Source: Eledone cirrhosa (lineage: Eukaryota). Taken from it: a stretch of 64,000 nucleotides of DNA. The translations under genes and the position numbers were made by a program. Under the pieces are notes generated by a model. It was not told the origin of the DNA, searched no databases, and saw nothing but the letters and a program-made list of their open reading frames with translations. Location of the stretch: assembly GCA_964016885.1 (NCBI GenBank), contig OZ024740.1, positions 224,502,001-224,566,000 of the forward strand, read 5' to 3'. This document shows positions 57,244 through 64,000 of this stretch, piece after piece. Numbering within the stretch: position 1 is the stretch's first letter; every line of letters starts with the position of its first letter.

Positions 57244-57990
57244 CCACCGTTTTACGTCCGTTCTTCCACGCTAGCATGGGTTAGACGGGTTGTCCTGTTG
57301 TGGGCAGTGTCTGATCGGCTGACCATGCCTTGCTCATACAGGAACTGATTTGGCTTGATTTCTACAGCTGCATTCCCTTCCTAACACCAACCTCATTTAC
57401 AGTGAGTACTGGGGGCTTTTTCATGGCGCATACACGTCCACTTTACAGTGTGGGCTGGGTGCTTTTTTGCCGTGGCACCTCCACGACTACCTGGCAGTGG
57501 GAGGGTGTGGGGGCATATTGTCTATATGCTTCGGCTTGTACCCATGGGAGGTCGGGTACTCTGTATTACTGCATGATGCCAGAGGTCACGGTCGTGTGTC
57601 ATTGCTTTTGAGAGGTGTAATTGGGTAAGGTCGGCTTTTATCACCTCATCCCAGGTCTTTTTGGGTCTCCCCATTCCACGGCTTCCATTGACTTCTAGTG
57701 CTCTGCACCTTTTTATGCAGCTGTCATCCTTCATACGCATCACATGTCCATACCAACGCAACCGCCTCTCCTGCACACAGCATTTGATTCCTCTTATGCT
57801 CAGTCTCTCTCTCAATTCATTTATGCTTTGTCATTCGCGTATATTACTATTACACATCCATTGGAGGATGCAGGCTTCGTTTTTCTCTAATCTACGTAAG
57901 TCTTCCACCTTCAGCGCCCAGGTCTCAATACCATGTAACATTGCTGTTTGGATACACGCATCATACAGTCTGTCTTTCATTTTGAGGGAG
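57213..57990 (-). mobile_element. RTE(X)-type LINE copy 2, 3' fragment (related subfamily)
   Basis: [28 protein letters not shown]; 3' UTR homologous to 1377-1753; (CAT)n tail. Confidence 0.93.
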
Positions 57991-58152
57991 ATATATATAT
58001 ATGTATATGTATATATATATTATATATGTATATATAAATATATATATACATATATAAATATATATATACATATATATATACATATATATACATATATAAA
58101 TATATATACATATATAAATATATATATACATATATATATACATATATATATT

Positions 58153-58608
<456 letters not shown>

Positions 58609-58612
58609 ATAT

Positions 58613-58734
58613 ATATTTATTAAAATAACAGATTAAAGTTTAAGCAAAGAATCGCTACTTTCACCCTTAACGGGATCTTCTGAGACTATCGAGCCCTCTT
58701 TGGATTTTAGTCTTCAATTTTATTATTATTACTA

Positions 58735-58735
<1 letters not shown>
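58613..58735. mobile_element. Mini insert of the PLE-1 3' end with an inversion (hammerhead A at 58637-58687 on minus; terminal 50 nt on plus)
   Basis: 58613-58687 is the reverse complement of 15116-15190; 58687-58735 matches 15230-15280. Confidence 0.9.
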
Positions 58736-58824
<89 letters not shown>

Positions 58825-58905
58825 TTATACTAAGGCTGAATAGTGAGTCTTGATACTTTGGAGTTTTGCTTGTTTATCAGAGTCATCAGGCAAACACAGA
58901 TATGG

Positions 58906-58987
<82 letters not shown>

Positions 58988-59044
58988 GTGAACCTAATAA
59001 ACCTTTATTTGTCTGCCTCTCTGTTTTGTTCCTGTATAAATTTG

Positions 59045-59083
<39 letters not shown>

Positions 59084-59822
59084 GTGATGTGTGGCAAAAG
59101 AGATAGAGGTGACAGAGGAGGGATGTAAAATGAAGAAATCTAATTCTATATGAAAATCTTTGTTGCTACCAGCTTAGAAAACCAATATCATGGCCTAATA
59201 TCATTATACATTATTGCTAAATCTTCACAGGTTTAGGTAGGAGATTAGAAAAAAATAGAAAATAAAACTATAGACCAGACCAGAATAACTCTTCCTTTCT
59301 TTTGCATTCTTCTTCTTCATTCTTTCTGTCTTTCTCTCATATTTTACACACCTCTTATCATTTATAAGAATGAGCTATCTTTGCTCTTTCTAACTCTTTC
59401 TCTCTTGTTGTGAACCTGAAAATATTCTTTTCGCCAACGTTGAAATCTCCTATGTTCCTTATGTCTCCCCCTCCCTTCTATTGTTATATATTTATTAATT
59501 TTTGCTCCTTGTCCCTTATGTCTTTTCCCTGCATTCTCTTCTGTTTGTTTTCCATCACTCATTTTCTGTTTCATAAATCTTTATCCATCTGTTACCTCTA
59601 CAGTATTACGTATGTGAGCCACCACACCCCTTTACTCTCTTTGCCTTACTACTTCTCTATTAACTTTCCTCACTCTGCACCCTATATATGTATATATATA
59701 TATATATATATTTATTCGTGTATGTGTATATATATATATTTATAAATATACATACAATCACACACATTCATTCACACATACATACATAAACTATGTCTGT
59801 GAGTGTGTTTGTGTATACATAA

Positions 59823-59903
<81 letters not shown>

Positions 59904-59929
59904 TATACATGCATATATACATATACATG

Positions 59930-59988
<59 letters not shown>

Positions 59989-60066
59989 CTGTATATATAC
60001 ATATATATACATGCATATATACATATACATATATACATGCATACATATATATATATATATACATAT

Positions 60067-61329
60067 CTTAACCTGGCTAAGACCAAAGTACTAGTTTGTA
60101 GGAAAGAAAACAAGGCGGCGGTCCCTTCTGGGAAATGGTCGTGCTCGGTGTGTAGGAAAGGCGTAGGTAGAAACTCCATTTTATGTCCTAAATGCAAAGT
60201 ATGGGTGCATAAAAGATGTAGTGGGATCACAGGTAAGCTAACTAAGAACATAGATTTTACATGTGGCCGGTGCTCTGGTGCAATAAGTAGCAGCAAGTGC
60301 CCACAAACTACTAGCTCTTTCAATTGCGCAGAGGGTTCTATAGAAATAGTGGACAGCTTCCGTTACCTGGGCGATAAAATCAGCAGTGGGGGAGGGTGCT
60401 CTGAAAGTACTGTAGCTAGAGTCAGAACTGGTTGGAAAAAGTTCAGAGAGCTTATACCACTATTAGCTGCTAAAGGGTTCTCACTAAAAATGAAAGGCAG
60501 GTTGTACGATGCCTGCATACGAACAGCCATGCTGCATGGCAGTGAGACCTGGGCATTGTGTGCAGAGGATATACGCAGACTAGAGAGGAACGAAGCTTGC
60601 ATGCTCCGCTGGATGTGTAACAGTAATATACGTGAACGGCAAAGCATAAACGAACTAAGGAATAAATTAGAGATAAGAGGGATCAGATGTTGTTTACTCG
60701 AGAGAAGGCTACGTTGGTATGGACACGTGATGCGCATGAAAGTCGATAGCTGTATAACAAAGTGCAGGGCAATAAAGATAGACGGTAGTCACGGAATAGG
60801 CAGACCTAGAAAAACCTGGGACGAGCTGATAAACTCCGACATCACACACTTACACCTCTCCAAGACAATGTCACTGGACCGAGACCTTTGGCGGTACTCA
60901 GTAACAGAGAAGACCCGCCTTACCTAAATATATAGTAAAACCTACTCCAGCCAGTAGGCATCTCTAACAAAATACACCCCGTCCCACCACCCCCACCCCC
61001 ACCCGATCCACACCACCCCGTTCTATGTAAAGTTATGTTGGTGCCGCGCCATCGAGGCCGAAACAAATGAGATCGTGTAGGTGTCACGACAAAAAAACAC
61101 ACAGTCCACGCTGTAATGTGGCCGTGTAGGCAACACGGTAAAAACCTCCCAGACCCACACTGTAAATGTGGTTGGTGTTAGGAAGGGCATCCAACTGTAG
61201 AAAACCTGCCAGACAGTCCTATGCGAGCAAGACAATCACTCTTGCCTCAAGTGGGACTACCCCCGTCCAAACCCATGCAAGCGTGGAACACGGACGTTAA
61301 ACGTTGATGATGATGATGATGATGATGAT
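60067..61329 (+). mobile_element. RTE(X)-type LINE copy 3, 5'-truncated, open frame to 60927
   Basis: Closely similar to 517-1753, with intact C4HC3 motif, [28 protein letters not shown]; (GAT)n tail. Confidence 0.95.
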
Positions 61330-62077
61330 ATATGCACATACATATATTTATTCGTGTATGTGTATATATATATATTTATACATATACATACAATCACACA
61401 CATTCATTCATACATACATACACACATAAACTATGTCTGTGAGTGTGTTTGTATATACATAAATACATACATATAATTTCTTTCTTTCTTACTTTTTTAT
61501 TCAACCCAGTGACTTTTGGCTAAGGATTTTATTTTATTTTTTATCGTATTTTATTTTATTTTATTCTCTTACATTACTTCCTTCCCCCACGTATTCCTTT
61601 TTTTTTTTGTTGTTGTTCCCTTTTCACTTACTATCTCTCAAAGTTTATCTCATTGCTTGTTCCCTCCCCTTTCCATGTCAACTTATCTGTTCCAATCTAT
61701 GCAACACATAACTAGATTAAACTACCATTGAATAATAATAACAACAACCACAGCAACATAAACAATAACAACTACAACCGCAATGACAAAAACAATCACA
61801 ACAAATACAACAATAAGAAAAGCAACAACAACAAGAAAAGAACAATAGTAATAAATACAAAAATAACAACAATGGCAATCAATGATAACAACAAAATCGA
61901 ATACCTTTATTCCAGCCCACTGCCTAAATTATAGACATTAGTCATCAGAACGGCAGAAATTTAAGAGGGGTAAGGTGATGAGGGTGTGATATAATGCACT
62001 CACCTCTCTATCCACCTCTTATTCATGAAATTTCTTCTGTCAGTCACCGCAACTATTTCTTTCATAACAATGATGGT

Positions 62078-62112
62078 AACAACAACAACAACAACAACAA
62101 CAACAATAATAT

Positions 62113-62153
<41 letters not shown>

Positions 62154-62183
62154 GTATTACTACGACTACTACTACTACTAATG

Positions 62184-62241
<58 letters not shown>

Positions 62242-62284
62242 GGTGGATGATGATGATGATGGTGATAACTATGATAATAATAAT
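62078..62284. repeat. Compound microsatellite (AAC)n(TAC)n(TAA)n(GAT)n
   Basis: Directly visible. Confidence 0.95.
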
Positions 62285-63213
62285 ACAGAAAAAAAAATGG
62301 GAGGCAATCAATAGGCTGTTTTTGGTTGCATGCAAATATCTGTCCACTAGAGAGAAGGAGGGTCTTGAAATAAGGGAGGTGGTATTGGTGCTGCTGCTGG
62401 TAGACACAAGGCTGGTGCTGATAAAATAGAGGGTGGTGGTTGTTATAACAATAGTGACATGAGAAAAGAATCTAAGAATTTAGCAAGGCATCCCTCTGGC
62501 AGCAAATTACAACTGCCAAGTCAATATAAGAAGCTGAGAGAAAGCAAAATCCTTCTAGTAAAGTTAATTCTTTTAATTCATTTTCCTCTTTGTAAACAAA
62601 AGTAAACTCACAACCAACAGTAAAGAAATGGTTGTGCGTTTGCTTCAGACCACATGGTTTCAGGTTCTATTGAAATATGTAGAACCATGAACAAGTATCT
62701 TCTGCCATAGCCATGAGTTGACCAATGCCTTGTCAGTGTTATTTAGAAATGAAACTGTGTGGATATACATACATATATACATACATGCATACGTGTGTGT
62801 GTGTGAGCGTGTATGTCTGTTTATGCCCTGTAACTTTGTGGTCTAACAAAAAGGGATCGATAAACTAAGTACCAGAATTTTAAAACAAGTTCTTTGGTCG
62901 ATATGCTCAAATAAATTCCTTCAAGGCAATGTTTAGCATGACCACAATTTAATGACTCAAACACATAAAATAAACGAGATTAAAATGAGACAAAATCAAC
63001 ACCAACAGAACTTAATTCATGACAGATTTCATTGTTTAACATTTGTTTATTATATTTTTTCTTTTATTTGCATTCAATAACTATCAGAATTTGCAAATAA
63101 AATATATTGGGGTTTTCTTGGCTTAATTTTATTTGAATACTGTATGAATGTATATTTGGTTTCTTCACTGCTCCTTCAGTGTTTCCATCTGTATCTTTTT
63201 TCTTTCTTGTGTG

Positions 63214-63263
<50 letters not shown>

Positions 63264-63513
63264 GAATGAATAATGACATGGTCGGCTGTACAATACGGTT
63301 TATTAACAATTGTTTCATTAATCCGTTAAAACTATCCTTGATACAAAGTACTCATATCCTCTAGGTGGATTACCTTAAATGATATCTTGTTATCTTATAT
63401 ATATATAAATATTTATATATATCGTTTCTGAATTTGTTTAGCAAGTTTCTTTATCTGAAAACGTGTGTTGAAACCGATATTGTTATACTTTGGGAGTGTC
63501 ATGTTGCCAATAA

Positions 63514-64000
63514 GGTCCTTTTCAAAGACCTCCCTGTATAGATAAGAAATGTATAATCTGTAAATTAAGCCCCCACATTAACTGTAAAACTAGAAATGTA
63601 GTATATAGCATAAGATGTACTGAAGGACAATGTAGAGATAAAAATATAGTGTACATAGGTGAGACAGCTCGTAGTATAGGGGAACGGATAAATGAACACT
63701 GGCGAGACCTTCAAGATAGTAAAGAATCACCTGTACTCTACCAACATGCTAAAATAGAACATAGGGGTAAATTAGAGAACATAGAAATAAAAATAGAATC
63801 TACACACAGAAAAGACGCAATGTTTAGACAAATCACAGAGGCAATAAACATAAATGAACTCCAACCAAAATTAAATAGAAAATATGAGTGGAACAGCAAC
63901 ATCACAACTTACAATTAAGGACAAAATGAAAACACACACGCACAGAGAACAAACAACCAACCAGTAACATGTAAATAAACAAATAAATAAACGAATATAA
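63514..64000 (+). mobile_element. PLE-3 GIY-YIG endonuclease C-terminus (Naiad-like motifs) and start of the 3' UTR
   Basis: Open frame 63514-63918: PFQRPPCIDKKCIIC..NCKTRNVVYSIRC...C...YIGETARSIGERINEH...RQITEAINI...LNRKYEW. The clade assignment is from recalled motifs. Confidence 0.85.

Noticed and set aside
58862-58896. Minus-strand tttgc-CTGATGA...gcaaa in a TA-flanked island
   Set aside because: Only 13 nt lie between the core and stem I, with no GAAA or stem III; at best a deleted remnant.
63295-63490. Partial hammerhead-like motifs (minus GAAAcaattGTT; plus CTGAAAA..GAAAc)
   Set aside because: The cores are incomplete and the stems weak.

Overview
AT-rich, microsatellite-dense animal genomic DNA. 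The SINE types and repeat landscape suggest an octopod cephalopod (inference). No intact host protein-coding gene, rRNA or tRNA gene could be supported. The window is almost entirely retroelement debris: three copies of a PHD-finger-containing RTE(X)-type LINE, a near full-length but disabled RTE LINE with a 15-bp TSD, a GC-rich CRE-clade fragment, a Tx1/L1 3' end, three Penelope-like element (PLE) coding remnants (GIY-YIG; RT in one), tRNA-derived SINEs, a non-autonomous Helitron and MITEs. The main signal is a set of short non-coding inserts between (TA)n tracts. Manual folding finds about 15 type-I hammerhead ribozyme motifs (complete, half or degenerate) from about 9-10 unrelated sequence families. 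Each lies roughly 100-360 nt upstream of a 3' end fused to (TA)n. Many are arranged as head-to-head inverted pairs, partial tandems or circularly permuted units, and two families are physically part of GIY-YIG PLE 3' regions. This looks like a (TA)n-targeted, hammerhead-bearing PLE/retrozyme-like system, with recurrent inversion at ribozyme hairpins and non-canonical catalytic cores. All structures were folded by eye; no search or activity data are available.
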